Made by a program: the position numbers and the translations under genes
The notes under the pieces: generated by a model
Database searches by the model: none
Seen by the model: only the letters and a program-made list of their open reading frames with translations
Told to the model about the DNA's origin: nothing
Shown here: positions 38,838 through 50,060 of the stretch, piece after piece
Layout of the letters: each line of letters starts with the position of its first letter
Position numbering within the stretch: position 1 is the stretch's first letter
Assembly (NCBI GenBank): GCA_040954595.2
Contig: CM082589.2
Coordinates: 8,750,232 to 8,814,231, forward strand
Length of the DNA: 64,000 nt
Direction of reading: 5' to 3'
Source: Balanoglossus misakiensis
Lineage: Eukaryota > Animalia > Hemichordata

Positions 38838-41173
38838 TTGGCACAAACAGTCTCAGGAAGTAAGCTTTCAGCCTACCAATATAGCTATTTCTTTCCACTT
38901 TTTGTAAGTGAAGCCTGACTGTCGCCTGTCTTAGGTCACCACTTCATAAGCGGTCTTACCCGTCATTGGCACAAACAGTCTCAGGAAGTAAGCTTTCAGC
39001 CTACCAATGTAGCTATTGTATTTTCCACTTTTTGTAAGTGAAGCCTGACTGTCGCCTGTCTTAGGTCACCACTTCATAAGCGGTCTTACCCGTCATTGGC
39101 ACAAACAGTCTCAGGACGTAAGCTTTCAGCCTACCAATGTAGCTATTGTATTTTCCACTTTTTATAAGTGAAGCCTGACTGTCGCCTGTCTTAGGTCACC
39201 ACTTCATAAGCGGTCTTACCCGTCATTGGCACAAACAGTCTCAGGAAGTAAGCTTTCAGCCTACCAATGTAGCTATTGTATTTTCCACTTTTTGTAAGTG
39301 AAGCCTGACTGTCGCCTGTCTTAGGTCACCACTTCATAAGCGGTCTTACCCGTCATTGGCACAAACAGTCTCAGGAAATAAGCCTTCAGCCTACCAATGT
39401 AGCTATTGTATTTTCCACTTTTTGTAAGTGAAGCCTGACTGTCGCCTATCTTAGGTCACCACTTCATAAGCGGTCTTACCCGTCATTGGCACAAACAGTC
39501 TCAGGAAGTAAGCTTTCAGCCTACCAATGTAGCTATTGTATTTTCCACTTTTTGTAAGTGAAGCCTGACTGTCGCCTGTCTTAGGTCACCACTTCATAAG
39601 CGGTCTTACCCGTCATTGGCACAAACAGTCTCAGGAAGTAAGCTTTCAGCCTACCAATGTAGCTATTGTATTTTCCACTTTTTGTAAGTGAAGCCTGACT
39701 GTCGCCTGTCTTAGGTCAACACTTCATAAGCGGTCTTACCCGTCATTGGCACAAACAGTCTCAGGAAGTAAGCTTTCAGCCTACCAATGTAGCTATTGAA
39801 TTTTCCACTTTTTGTAAGTGAAGCCTGACTGTCGCCTGTCTTAGGTCACCACTTCATAAGCGGTCTTACCCGTCATTGGCACAAACAGTCTCAGGAAGTA
39901 AGCTTTCAGCCTACCAATGTAGCTATTGTATTTTCCACTTTTTGTAAGTGAAGCCAGAGTGTCGCCTGTCTTAGGTCACCACTTCATAAGCGGTCTTACC
40001 CGTCATTGGCACAAACAGTCTCAGGAAGTAAGCTTTCAGCCTACCAATGTAGCTATTGTAATTTCCACTTTTTGTAAGTGAAGCCTGACTGTCGCCTGTC
40101 TTAGGTCACCACTTCATAAGCGGTCTTACCCGTCATTGGCACAAACAGTCTCAGGAAGTAAGCTTTCAGCCTACCAATATAGCTATTTCTTTCCACTTTT
40201 TGTAAGTGAAGCCTGACTGTCGCCTGTCTTAGGTCACCACTTCATAAGCGGTCTTACCCGTCATTGGCACAAACAGTCTCAGGAAGTAAGCTTTCAGCCT
40301 ACCAATGTAGCTATTGTATTTTCCACTTTTTGTAAGTGAAGCCTGACTGTCGCCTGTCTTAGGTCACCACTTCATAAGCGGTCTTACCCGTCATTGGCAC
40401 AAACAGTCTCAGGACGTAAGCTTTCAGCCTACCAATGTAGCTATTGTATTTTCCACTTTTTATAAGTGAAGCCTGACTGTCGCCTGTCTTAGGTCACCAC
40501 TTCATAAGCGGTCTTACCCGTCATTGGCACAAACAGTCTCAGGAAGTAAGCTTTCAGCCTACCAATGTAGCTATTGTATTTTCCACTTTTTGTAAGTGAA
40601 GCCTGACTGTCGCCTGTCTTAGGTCACCACTTCATAAGCGGTCTTACCCGTCATTGGCACAAACAGTCTCAGGAAATAAGCCTTCAGCCTACCAATGTAG
40701 CTATTGTATTTTCCACTTTTTGTAAGTGAAGCCTGACTGTCGCCTATCTTAGGTCACCACTTCATAAGCGGTCTTACCCGTCATTGGCACAAACAGTCTC
40801 AGGAAGTAAGCTTTCAGCCTACCAATGTAGCTATTGTATTTTCCACTTTTTGTAAGTGAAGCCTGACTGTCGCCTGTCTTAGGTCACCACTTCATAAGCG
40901 GTCTTACCCGTCATTGGCACAAACAGTCTCAGGAAGTAAGCTTTCAGCCTACCAATGTAGCTATTGTATTTTCCACTTTTTGTAAGTGAAGCCTGACTGT
41001 CGCCTGTCTTAGGTCAACACTTCATAAGCGGTCTTACCCGTCATTGGCACAAACAGTCTCAGGAAGTAAGCTTTCAGCCTACCAATGTAGCTATTGAATT
41101 TTCCACTTTTTGTAAGTGAAGCCTGACTGTCGCCTGTCTTAGGTCACCACTTCATAAGCGGTCTTACCCGTCA
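38578..41173. repeat. Tandem duplication of a 10-monomer block (period 1298 bp), derived from the 17-mer
   Basis: CCAGAGT, GTAATTT, AATATAGCTATTTCTTT, ACGT+TTTATA, AAATAAGCCTT, TCAACAC and TTGAATT repeat at an offset of 1298 (38838/40136). Confidence 0.85.
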
Positions 41174-43762
41174 TTGGCACAAACAGTCTCAGGAAGTAAG
41201 CTTTCAGCCTACCAATGTAGCTATTGTATTTTCCACTTTTTGTAAGTGAAGCCTGACTGTCGCCTGTCTTAGGTCAACACTTCATAAGCGGTCTTACCCG
41301 TCATTGGCACAAACAGTCTCAGGAAGTAAGCTTTCAGCCTACCAATGTAGCTATTGTATTTTCCACTTTTTATAAGTAAAGCCTGACTGTCGCCTGTCTT
41401 AGGTCACCACTTCATAAGCGGTCTTACCCGTCATTGGCACAAACAGTCTCAGGAAGTAAGCTTTCAGCCTACCAATATAGCTATTTTTTTCCACTTTTTG
41501 TAAGTGAAGCCTGACTGTCGCCTGTCTTAGGTCACCACTTCATAAGCGGTCTTACCCGTCATTGGCACAAACAGTCTCAGGAAGTAAGCTTTCAGCCTAC
41601 CAATGTAGCTATTGTATTTTCCACTTTTTGTAAGTGAAGCCAGAGTGTCGCCTGTCTTAGGTCACCACTTCATAAGCGGTCTTACCCGTCATTGGCACAA
41701 ACAGTCTCAGGAAGTAAGCTTTCAGCCTACCAATGTAGCTATTGTAATTTCCACTTTTTGTAAGTGAAGCCTGACTGTCGCCTGTCTTAGGTCACCACTT
41801 CATAAGCGGTCTTACCCGTCATTGGCACAAACAGTCTCAGGAAGTAAGCTTTCAGCCTACCAATATAGCTATTTTTTTCCACTTTTTGTAAGTGAAGCCT
41901 GACTGTCGCCTGTCTTAGGTCACCACTTCATAAGCGGTCTTACCCGTCATTGGCACAAACAGTCTCAGGAAGTAAGCTTTCAGCCTACCAATGTAGCTAT
42001 TGTATTTTCCACTTTTTGTAAGTGAAGCCAGAGTGTCGCCTGTCTTAGGTCACCACTTCATAAGCGGTCTTACCCGTCATTGGCACAAACAGTCTCAGGA
42101 AGTAAGCTTTCAGCCTACCAATGTAGCTATTGTATTTTCCACTTTTTGTAAGTGAAGCCTGACTGTCGCCTGTCTTAGGTCACCACTTCATAAGCGGTCT
42201 TACCCGTCATTGGCACAAAGTCTCAGGAAGTAAGCTTTCAGCCTACCAATGTAGCTATTGTATTTTCCACTTTTTGTAAGTGAAGCCTGACTGTCGCCTG
42301 TCTTAGGTCACCACTTCATAAGCGGTCTTACCCGTCATTGGCACAAAGTCTCAGGAAGTAAGCTTTCAGCCTACCAATGTAGCTATTGTATTTTCCACTT
42401 TTTGTAAGTGAAGCCTGACTGTCGCCTATCTTAGGTCACCACTTCATAAGCGGTCTTACCCGTCATTGGCACAAACAGTCTCAGGAAGTAAGCTTTCAGC
42501 CTACCAATGTAGCTATTGTATTTTCCACTTTTTGTAAGTGAAGCCTGACTGTCGCCTGTCTTAGGTCACCACTTCATAAGCGGTCTTACCCGTCATTGGC
42601 ACAAACAGTCTCAGGAAGTAAGCTTTCATCCTACCAATGTAGCAATTGTATTTTCCACTTTTTGTAAGTGAAGCCTGACTGTCGCCTGTCTTAGGTCACC
42701 ACTTCATTAGCGGTCTTACCCGTCATTGTCACAAACAGTCTCAGGAAGTAAGCTTTCAGCCTACCAATGTAGCTATTGAATTTTCCACTTATTGTAAGTG
42801 AAGCCTGACTGTCGCCTGTCTTAGGTCACCACTTCATAAGCGGTCTTACCCGTCATTGGCACAAACAGTCTAAGGAAGTAAGCTTTCAGCATACCAATGT
42901 AGCTATTGTATTTTCCACTTTTTGTAAGTGAAGCCTGACTGTCGCCTGTCTTAGGATACCACTTCATAAGCGGTCTTACCCGTCATTGGCACAAACAGTC
43001 TCAGGAAGTAAGCTTTCAGTCTACCAATGTAGGTATTGTATTTTCCACTTTTTGTAAGTGAAGCCTGACTGTCGCCTGTCATAGGATACCACTTCATAAG
43101 CGGTCTTACCCGTCATTGGCACAAACAGTCTCAGGAAGTAAGCTTTCAGCCTACCAATTTAGCTATTGTATTTTCCACTTTTTGTAAGTGAAGTCTGACT
43201 GTCGCCTGTCTTAGGTCACCACTTCATAAGCGGTCTTACCCGTGATTGGCACAAAGCCTCAGGAAGTAAGCTTTCAGCCTACCAATGTAGCTATTGTATT
43301 TTCCACTTTTTGTAAGTGAAGCCTGACTGTCGCCTGTCTTAGGTCACCACTTCATAAGCGGTCTTACCCGTCATTGTCACAAACAGTCTCAGGAAGTAAG
43401 CTTTCAGCCTACCAATGTAGCTATTGTATTTTCCACTTTTTGTAAGTGAAGCCTGACTGTCGCCTGTCTTAGGTCACCACTTCATAAGCGGTCTTACCCG
43501 TCATTGGCACAAACAGTCTCAGGAAGTAAGCTTTCAGCCTACCAATGTAGCTATTGTATTTTCCACTTTTTGTAAGTGAAGCCTGACTGTCGCCTGTCTT
43601 AGGTCACCACTTCATAAGCGGTCTTTCCCGTCATTGGCACAAACAGTCTCAGGAAGTAAGCTTTCAGCCTACCAATGTAGCTATTGTATTTTCAACTTTT
43701 TGTAAGTGAAGCCTGACTGTCGCCTGTCTTAGGTCACCACTTCATAAGCGGTCTTACCCGTC

Positions 43763-43783
43763 ATTTATTTATTTATTTATTTA
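43763..43783 (-). repeat. (TAAA)5 3' tail of the CR1/L2-group LINE
   Basis: Plus strand reads (ATTT)5A. The first ATT is shared with the satellite target. Short tandem-repeat tails are characteristic of CR1/L2-group elements. Confidence 0.9.
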
Positions 43784-43790
43784 CACATTA

Positions 43791-43862
43791 AAGGATTTCC
43801 CATTTACAATACTCAAACAGGGGTAAAGACCCCTATAAGGTTGTAATCTACCATGGGGTCCT
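43791..43862 (-). promoter_or_regulatory. 3' UTR stem-loop, putative RT recognition signal
   Basis: Minus strand reads AGGACCCCAT-GGTAGA-TTACAA...AGGGGT-CTTT-ACCCCT...TTGTAA-ATGGG-AAATCCT, giving nested complementary arms directly upstream of the tail. The function is inferred from L2-group stringent 3' recognition. Confidence 0.65.
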
Positions 43863-43971
43863 ACTACAAAGTATATAAATAAAAAGTTTAAAACAGAAAA
43901 ATACAAATAGTAAAAATAAAAATTGTAAAAGTGGTGACTACAAGTAGAAGTTTCTAAAACCGTGAGGTCGT

Positions 43972-46845
43972 CTATCTGCTTAAATTGGTTCTGATATAAG
44001 AGTTCAACTGAGATTTGAAGTTATTTATGTTGGTACTGCATCTAACAATGTCAGGTAGAGAATTCCAAGCTCTAGCTGCACGCATAGCAAAAGTTCTTTG
44101 ACCTGTTTCTGTTCGAAATCGAGGCAATAATAATTTGCGAGTTGAGGCTCCTCGAGTCTGGTAAGCATGGGCGTCATTCAGTTTTACAATTTTTTCGATA
44201 AGATAGCTTGGAGCAGTATTGTTGAAACATTTGTACACCATAATACAAGTAAAGTAAAAAATACGTTGTCTAACGGATAGCACATCGAATCTTTCAAAAA
44301 GTACATCAGTTGGGGTATCAAAATCAGCATTAAGTATTACTCTTAAGGCACGCTTCTGCATTTTATAAACCTTATCTATATTTTTAGAAGTCGTATTTCC
44401 CCACACAATAGAGCAGTAGTCAATGACAGATTGAATCAAACCGTAATATAAAACTTTTCTGAGGTGTAAAGGTATGAATTTACAAAGGCGCCTAAGTAGT
44501 CCAACTCTCCGACTCAAAGTAAGACACAAATTATCAATATGTTTATCCCATGAAATAGAATTGTCTAAGATTAAACCCAGTATCTTTTCAGAGGTGACAC
44601 ATGAAATTCGTTTGTCATTTATGGAGATGTCCAATTGTTCACCGGAAATGTCAAAGTATTTTATTTTTTGACGAGATCCGACTAACATAGCTTTCGTTTT
44701 GCCCTCATTTATGATCATTCCATTACTTCGAATCCAGTTACTTGACAACATTACATCATTTTGAAGGGAATCATTTACATGTGAAACAGAAAATCCTGAG
44801 GTAAGAAGGGTTTGATCATCAGCGTACATATCAAGTTGCGAGTTATACAAAGTAAATGGTAAATCATTGATAAAAATAGTAAACAGTAGTGGTCCCAACA
44901 AAGATCCCTGAGGCACACCTACAGTCACCTTTTGAACATTCGAAATTTTACCCATGTAAGTAACTACTTGAGAACGATTTGATAAAAACGATTGAAACCA
45001 GTTTAACCCATTAATTTCTAGACCATATAAAGACAATTTTTTAAGAAGTACTTGATGATCAACTAAATCAAAAGCTTTTGACAAATCCAAGAAGAGAATA
45101 CCAGAGATTAGACCATTGTCAACATTTTCTAATAATTCATCACACATTCTTATTAATGCTGTTTGACAGGAGTGGTGTCTTCTGAAACCAGATTGAGTTC
45201 TATGAAGCAAATCCTTTCTAGACAAAAACTCGTAAAAACTACAATGTACATGACTTTCAATAACTTTGGAAATAGCAGGTAAGATTGAAATCGGTCTGTA
45301 ATTGGACATTTCGGTAACGCAGCCAGATCCTTTGTAAATAGGAACAACTCTTGCACATTTTAAAATATCAGGGACGACTGCACTATTAATACTTAAATTC
45401 AACACCTTTGTCAAAGAATCAGAAATTACCGAAGCACCTATGCGCAGCAGTTTTGCGCTAACATTATCGGTGCCTGTAGATTTACAATCAGATAAAGCTT
45501 TCTTTACAAAGTCAACAGAAAGAGTAGGAATAACGAAAGAGGATCCGTCAAGTTTCTCATTGAGATACTCTGTCAAAATAGAAAAGTCGAGATTGTTATC
45601 GACAGAAACGTTGAGTTTTTTAGGAATGCTACAGAAATAATTATTAAAAGCATTAGCAAGCACAGTAGAATCAGTGATAAGAGTGCCATCCACCTCCATC
45701 GGAGTATGTTTTTGATCTCTGGGTTTCGTGAGATTATTGTAAATGTTCCAGACGGCCTTACAATTTGAACCATTACTGTTTAGCTCATTGATAAAGTAGT
45801 CCTTTTTAGCTTTGCCGATCAGATGGACAACTTTATTTCTTGCAAGTCTATAAGGACCCAGCTTAGTAATGTCCCCTTTGGCATGTTTTAACAGGGAATC
45901 TCTCTCATGCATAGCATTCAAAATGTGCTGATTCATCCATGCTGGCTGTTTTCTTTGTTTGACACGCTTTTCAATATAAGGAGCATGTATATTGCAAATC
46001 TTATTGAAAATAGTAACCCAAAGTCTGGTAGCAACATTTACATTACTCGTCAGATTAATAAGAGACCATGGCGCATGTGCCAGGTCATAGATAAATGAGT
46101 CTTGCTTAAAATGCGTCAGTGTGCGAAATTTAACAGACAAATGAGATGAGACACGTGTAACATTAGAATTCCTTTTGCGAACGCATATAATAGGGTAGTG
46201 ATCAGACATACCAATCTGAGGAATTTGAACGTTGGCAATATTTTCATTGTTTGAGACATAGATGTGGTCAATACAAGTTTTTGAAACTGGCCTGGTTGTC
46301 TCAGAGATTATTTGGTCTAAGTTCATATCACGTAAAGATTGATAAATGTAGTGATTAAGACCATCGGGAGCGAACAAGTCAATATTGAAATCGCCCAAGA
46401 TAATAAGCTCTTTACCCGTGTAGAAACCTTTTTCCAAATTGGATTCAATCTGTACATCAAAATCATGAGAAGTATTTGGAGGTCTGTAAACACCAGCTAT
46501 TAAAAAAGAACTACTCTTGGGGGGTTTGATTTCCAACCACATTATTTCTAGATTGTCAGATTCTAAATCATATCTTCTCGTGTAAATAATATCGAGTTGA
46601 ATATAGGCCAATAAACCACCACCTCGCTTACCAACTCTATCTTTTCTTTCACATACATGTCCCGGAAAAGTAAAAGTGTCCGTTAAAACAGCTGAAGTAA
46701 GAAATGTTTCAGCTAAAAACAGTACATCGGTGGTTATTCTAGCATCCGAGTTAATGTAATAAGCAATCTGATCTATTTTGTTCGATAAATGCTGAATGTT
46801 CCAGTAGCCAAACCTCTGTCCTTTGTTCCTTGATTTACTTGCCAT
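43972..46845 (-). CDS. LINE ORF2: apurinic-like endonuclease + reverse transcriptase (957 aa, CR1/L2 group)
   Basis: APE motifs WNIQ, LAETFL, GGGL, YRPP, LGDFNID, IDHI, SDH. RT motifs YRPISIL, QSGFR, FLDLSKAFDLVDH, GVPQGSLLGPLLF, YADD. CR1/L2-type C-terminus (HAYQTR...AWNSLP) with no RNase H and no C-terminal zinc finger. Confidence 0.96.
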   Translation of the reverse strand: MASKSRNKGQRFGYWNIQHLSNKIDQIAYYINSDARITTDVLFLAETFLTSAVLTDTFTFPGHVCERKDRVGKRGGGLLAYIQLDIIYTRRYDLESDNLEIMWLEIKPPKSSSFLIAGVYRPPNTSHDFDVQIESNLEKGFYTGKELIILGDFNIDLFAPDGLNHYIYQSLRDMNLDQIISETTRPVSKTCIDHIYVSNNENIANVQIPQIGMSDHYPIICVRKRNSNVTRVSSHLSVKFRTLTHFKQDSFIYDLAHAPWSLINLTSNVNVATRLWVTIFNKICNIHAPYIEKRVKQRKQPAWMNQHILNAMHERDSLLKHAKGDITKLGPYRLARNKVVHLIGKAKKDYFINELNSNGSNCKAVWNIYNNLTKPRDQKHTPMEVDGTLITDSTVLANAFNNYFCSIPKKLNVSVDNNLDFSILTEYLNEKLDGSSFVIPTLSVDFVKKALSDCKSTGTDNVSAKLLRIGASVISDSLTKVLNLSINSAVVPDILKCARVVPIYKGSGCVTEMSNYRPISILPAISKVIESHVHCSFYEFLSRKDLLHRTQSGFRRHHSCQTALIRMCDELLENVDNGLISGILFLDLSKAFDLVDHQVLLKKLSLYGLEINGLNWFQSFLSNRSQVVTYMGKISNVQKVTVGVPQGSLLGPLLFTIFINDLPFTLYNSQLDMYADDQTLLTSGFSVSHVNDSLQNDVMLSSNWIRSNGMIINEGKTKAMLVGSRQKIKYFDISGEQLDISINDKRISCVTSEKILGLILDNSISWDKHIDNLCLTLSRRVGLLRRLCKFIPLHLRKVLYYGLIQSVIDYCSIVWGNTTSKNIDKVYKMQKRALRVILNADFDTPTDVLFERFDVLSVRQRIFYFTCIMVYKCFNNTAPSYLIEKIVKLNDAHAYQTRGASTRKLLLPRFRTETGQRTFAMRAARAWNSLPDIVRCSTNINNFKSQLNSYIRTNLSR

Positions 46846-46893
46846 CTCCGTGTCAGAAACAGTGCTTGCGGCATTATCTTCCTCGCCGGCGAT

Positions 46894-48597
46894 CTAACGT
46901 TGTCCTCGAGAATACGTGTAGTTGCAGAGCTGTGCCTTGTGTCCCCACTCTCCACATGTCCAACACTGCAAAGCTGTACCATGCCTGCATACTCTTTGAA
47001 TGTGCCCAGTTTCACCACAGTAGTAGCAGCTCACAGCAGGTCGGCGGTGCAACTGGCTTCGACGACCACGGTTCTCAGAAAACCGAGAAGGATTAAAGTT
47101 CATGTTCCTAGTTTCGCGACGGCCATACATCATTACTGGCCGTTGGACTGGCGTTTTTCTTTTCGTGTAGCAGTAGTTAGTAAGCTTTGCATTTTCAAGT
47201 AGTTTGTCGCAGCCTGTGAAGGTTAAATGTACTCCGTCACGAAGGAGTAATGATGAGTCGACAGAGCCATCGCGTAGTCGAAATTGTACATCGTTATCAA
47301 CAAATACAGCACGAGATTCAACATCTCTGCACTTAATTGCAAGTTCGCGATTAATTTGGTCAATTTTCGGTAGCAGGTCAGGATCAGACGGGTCTATCCT
47401 AGGACAGATACTGAGAACTGTAATGTTACCTGTGGTCATCTTCTTTGCTTGTTCAAGTAGCTGGCTGTAGTCATCTAGTACTGCTTCCTTCGATTTGTTG
47501 GTGGAGCTGCAGTCGTTCCCGCCAATTTCAAGAATCATCTCCTTAAAAGGATTATCGCATGAATATTCAGTAGCGATAAAATGCGACAGATGTGAAATTG
47601 TAGCACCTGGCAGGGTCTTTACAACAAGTTCGCTGGATTTTCTCGAGAAATTGCGTAATAGCGAGTCCCCAATGAAGAGAATCTTCTTGCCATTGTTATG
47701 GAGATCATTGGCTTTGTCAGTTGGTGATGGACCCGGTACAGGTGGCCGTGTAGAAGGCGATTGGTTTGCATTCATAGATTGACAGCTTGTGTGTTGTAAA
47801 GCTTGGCCAGGGGTCGCATCATTGGTTACATTGACCGTATGTTGAGTCTTGCGCAAATCTTCAAGTTGTTTCATCAGTACTTTACATTCAGTTTCCAAAT
47901 CACGACATTTCGCTTGCAAATGTTCATTCTCAGAAGTTTTGACCGTAAGCTGGGAAATCAGGTCTGCATTAACCGCTTGGAGGGATGAAAGTTCGACACG
48001 AATTTTTGACTGATCATTGACCATTTGTTCAAGAGTACTTTTTACATCCTTTACTACATTTGTCAGAAGTCGGCAATCAGGGCAGGGCCAGAAATATCTT
48101 TGAGTTTCCTCATCAGTAGTATTTACGCACTCTAGGTGATACCAAATAAAACACAGACTGCATCTCACCATTTCATTTTCGTTTTTTCGACCGTGTTTGC
48201 AGTTGGGAGTGCATAAAGCAGCAGATTGGCTGGTCACCTTGCGTTTCCCAGGTTTTGAGGCCTTTTTGTTGCGGTTGTCAGTTGAAGCAGGCAACGTTGA
48301 AGTTGATTGAGTATCGTTGACCAGTTTAACGGCTGTTTCATGTTCAAGATCATTTAGTCTACTCTTCGCGCGGTTATTGAGCGCATTCCCAATGTAATGG
48401 CACTTGGATTTAATTACGTCGGGCGAGAGGTCAGGCAGTAGACTTTGCATTTCTTCTTCCATTCTCTTGACATATGGCCATTTGCAGAAATTTTTTAGCT
48501 CAAGCGTATTTAGTTCAAGGATTTCTGCAATGTAAGCTTGCTTCAGAGTATTTTCAATCTCCAAGACGTCGGCTGAACTCACGGAGCTTGCTGCCAT
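46894..48597 (-). CDS. LINE ORF1: PHD finger + coiled coil + SGNH/GDSL esterase + two CCHC zinc knuckles (567 aa from first ATG)
   Basis: PHD: C-x3-C...CSLC-x4-H-x2-C...CPDC. A heptad-rich segment follows. SGNH blocks: FIGDSLLR, PGAT, GGNDC, DGVHL. Knuckles: CYYCGETGHIQRVC and CWTCGEWGHKAQLC. The ORF track starts at a TTG (48606); the first ATG is at 48597. Confidence 0.93.
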   Translation of the reverse strand: MAASSVSSADVLEIENTLKQAYIAEILELNTLELKNFCKWPYVKRMEEEMQSLLPDLSPDVIKSKCHYIGNALNNRAKSRLNDLEHETAVKLVNDTQSTSTLPASTDNRNKKASKPGKRKVTSQSAALCTPNCKHGRKNENEMVRCSLCFIWYHLECVNTTDEETQRYFWPCPDCRLLTNVVKDVKSTLEQMVNDQSKIRVELSSLQAVNADLISQLTVKTSENEHLQAKCRDLETECKVLMKQLEDLRKTQHTVNVTNDATPGQALQHTSCQSMNANQSPSTRPPVPGPSPTDKANDLHNNGKKILFIGDSLLRNFSRKSSELVVKTLPGATISHLSHFIATEYSCDNPFKEMILEIGGNDCSSTNKSKEAVLDDYSQLLEQAKKMTTGNITVLSICPRIDPSDPDLLPKIDQINRELAIKCRDVESRAVFVDNDVQFRLRDGSVDSSLLLRDGVHLTFTGCDKLLENAKLTNYCYTKRKTPVQRPVMMYGRRETRNMNFNPSRFSENRGRRSQLHRRPAVSCYYCGETGHIQRVCRHGTALQCWTCGEWGHKAQLCNYTYSRGQR

Positions 48598-48854
48598 TAT
48601 CGACAATGTTCAGAAACCAGAAAACAATGGCGTAGTACAGAACACGCAGAACGAGTCCGAGTCAACGCACGCAGATAAAATCTTCCAGTTTCCGATAAAA
48701 TAAATAAAAATGTATAAAATGTCACCTTAGAGAGGGTCTTGAGATGGTTATACCGATGTTGGTACAGTGTTAGTGATAAAATACTGTCAGTAGAAGTAAA
48801 AAATGGTGAAAATTCCTGGAGAGACGACACACACGTTGTTCACTCCTCAGTGCC

Positions 48855-49992
48855 GGCACAAACAGTCTCAGGAAGTAAGCTTTCAGCCTACCAATGTAGC
48901 TATTTTATTTTCCACTTTTTGTAAGTGAAGCCTGACTGTCGCCTGTCTTAGGTCAACACTTCATAAGCGGTCTTACACGTCATTGGCACAAACAGTCTCA
49001 GGAAGTAAGCTTTCAGCCTACCAATGTAGCTATTATATTTTCCACTTTTTGTAAGTGAAGCCTGACTGTCGCCTGTCTTAGGTCACCACTTCATAAGCGG
49101 TCTTACCCGTCATTGGCACAAACAGTCTCAGGAAGTAAGCTTTCAGCCTACCAATGTAGCTATTGTATTTTTCACTTTTTGTAAGTGAAGCCTGACTGTC
49201 GCCTGTCTTAGGTCACCACTTCATAAGCGGTCTTACCCGTCATTGGCACAAACAGTCTCAGGAAGTAAGCTTTCAGCCTACCAATGTAGCTATTGTATTT
49301 TCCACTTTTTGTAAGTGAAGCCTGACTGTCGCCTGTCTTAGGTCACCACTTCATAAGCGGTCTTACCCGTCATTGGCACAAACAGTCTCAGGAAGTAAGC
49401 TTTCAGCCTACCAATGAAGCTATTGTATTTTCCACTTTTTGTAAGTGAAGCCTGACTGTCGCCTGTCTTAGGTCACCACTTCATAAGCGGTCTTACCCGT
49501 CATTGACACAAACAGTCTTAGGAAGTAAGCTTTCAGCCTACCAATGAAGCTATTGTATTTTCCACTTTTTGTAAGTGAAGCCTGACTGTCGCCTGTCTTA
49601 GGTCACCACTTCATAAGCGGTCTTACCCGTCATTGGCACAAACAGTCTCAGGAAGTAAGCTGTCAGCCTACCAATGTAGCTATTGTATTTTCCACTTTTT
49701 GTAAGTGAAGCCTGACTGTCGCCTGTCTTAGGTCACCACTTCATAAGCGGTCTTACCCGTCATTGGCACAAACAGTCTCAGGAAGTAAGCTTTCAGCCTA
49801 CCAATGTAGCTATTGTATTTTCCACTTTTTGTAAGTGAAGCCTGACTGTCGCCTGTCTTAGGTCACCACTTCATAAGCGGTCTTACCCGTCATTGGCACA
49901 AACAGTCTCAGGAAGTAAGCTTTCAGCCTACCAATGTAGCTATTGTATTTTCCACTTTTTGTAAGTGAAGCCTGACTGTCGCCTGTCTTAGT
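48855..49992. repeat. Satellite block 2, about 9 monomers
   Basis: Same 130-bp monomer and orientation, in register with block 1. Confidence 0.99.
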
Positions 49993-50060
49993 AGTCCTGT
50001 TTCATAAGTCAGGTCCATGACATATGTACCGACATCTGTGATTGGTCCATCTGGTAATCT

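Larger units (their letters stand above)
1..43765. repeat. Satellite DNA array block 1, 130-bp monomer, about 338 head-to-tail copies; begins before the window
   Basis: TTGGCACAAACAG recurs at 1, 131, 261, 391 and onward (period 130) in a single orientation. Most copies carry one HindIII site (AAGCTT). Copies differ only by scattered SNPs and small indels. Copy number is estimated from length/130. Confidence 0.99.
43766..48854 (-). mobile_element. Apparently full-length non-LTR retrotransposon of the CR1/L2 group (Crack/Daphne/L2-like), about 5.09 kb
   Basis: Two intact ORFs, a ~257-bp 5' UTR, and a 3' UTR with a stem-loop and (TAAA)5 tail. The satellite stops at ...CCGTCATT (43765) and resumes at GGCACAAAC (48855), so there is no TSD and no deletion. 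Exact clade needs an RT phylogeny. Confidence 0.93.

Noticed and set aside
1-43765. CRISPR array
   Set aside because: There are no unique spacers: the whole 130-bp unit repeats. No cas genes are present and the context is eukaryotic LINEs.
43895-43945. LINE 3' UTR similarity to the satellite minus strand (GAAAAATACAAATAG, AAGTGGTGAC)
   Set aside because: The matches are short and AT-rich, with spacing that does not correspond to the monomer; probably chance.
44474-48830. Short antisense and overlapping ORFs within the CR1/L2-group element
   Set aside because: Shadow frames of the long ORFs with no recognisable motifs.
48598-48854. HDV-like ribozyme in the LINE 5' UTR
   Set aside because: I could not build the nested double pseudoknot by eye, and the region is mostly AT-rich. 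This is not excluded without a motif search.
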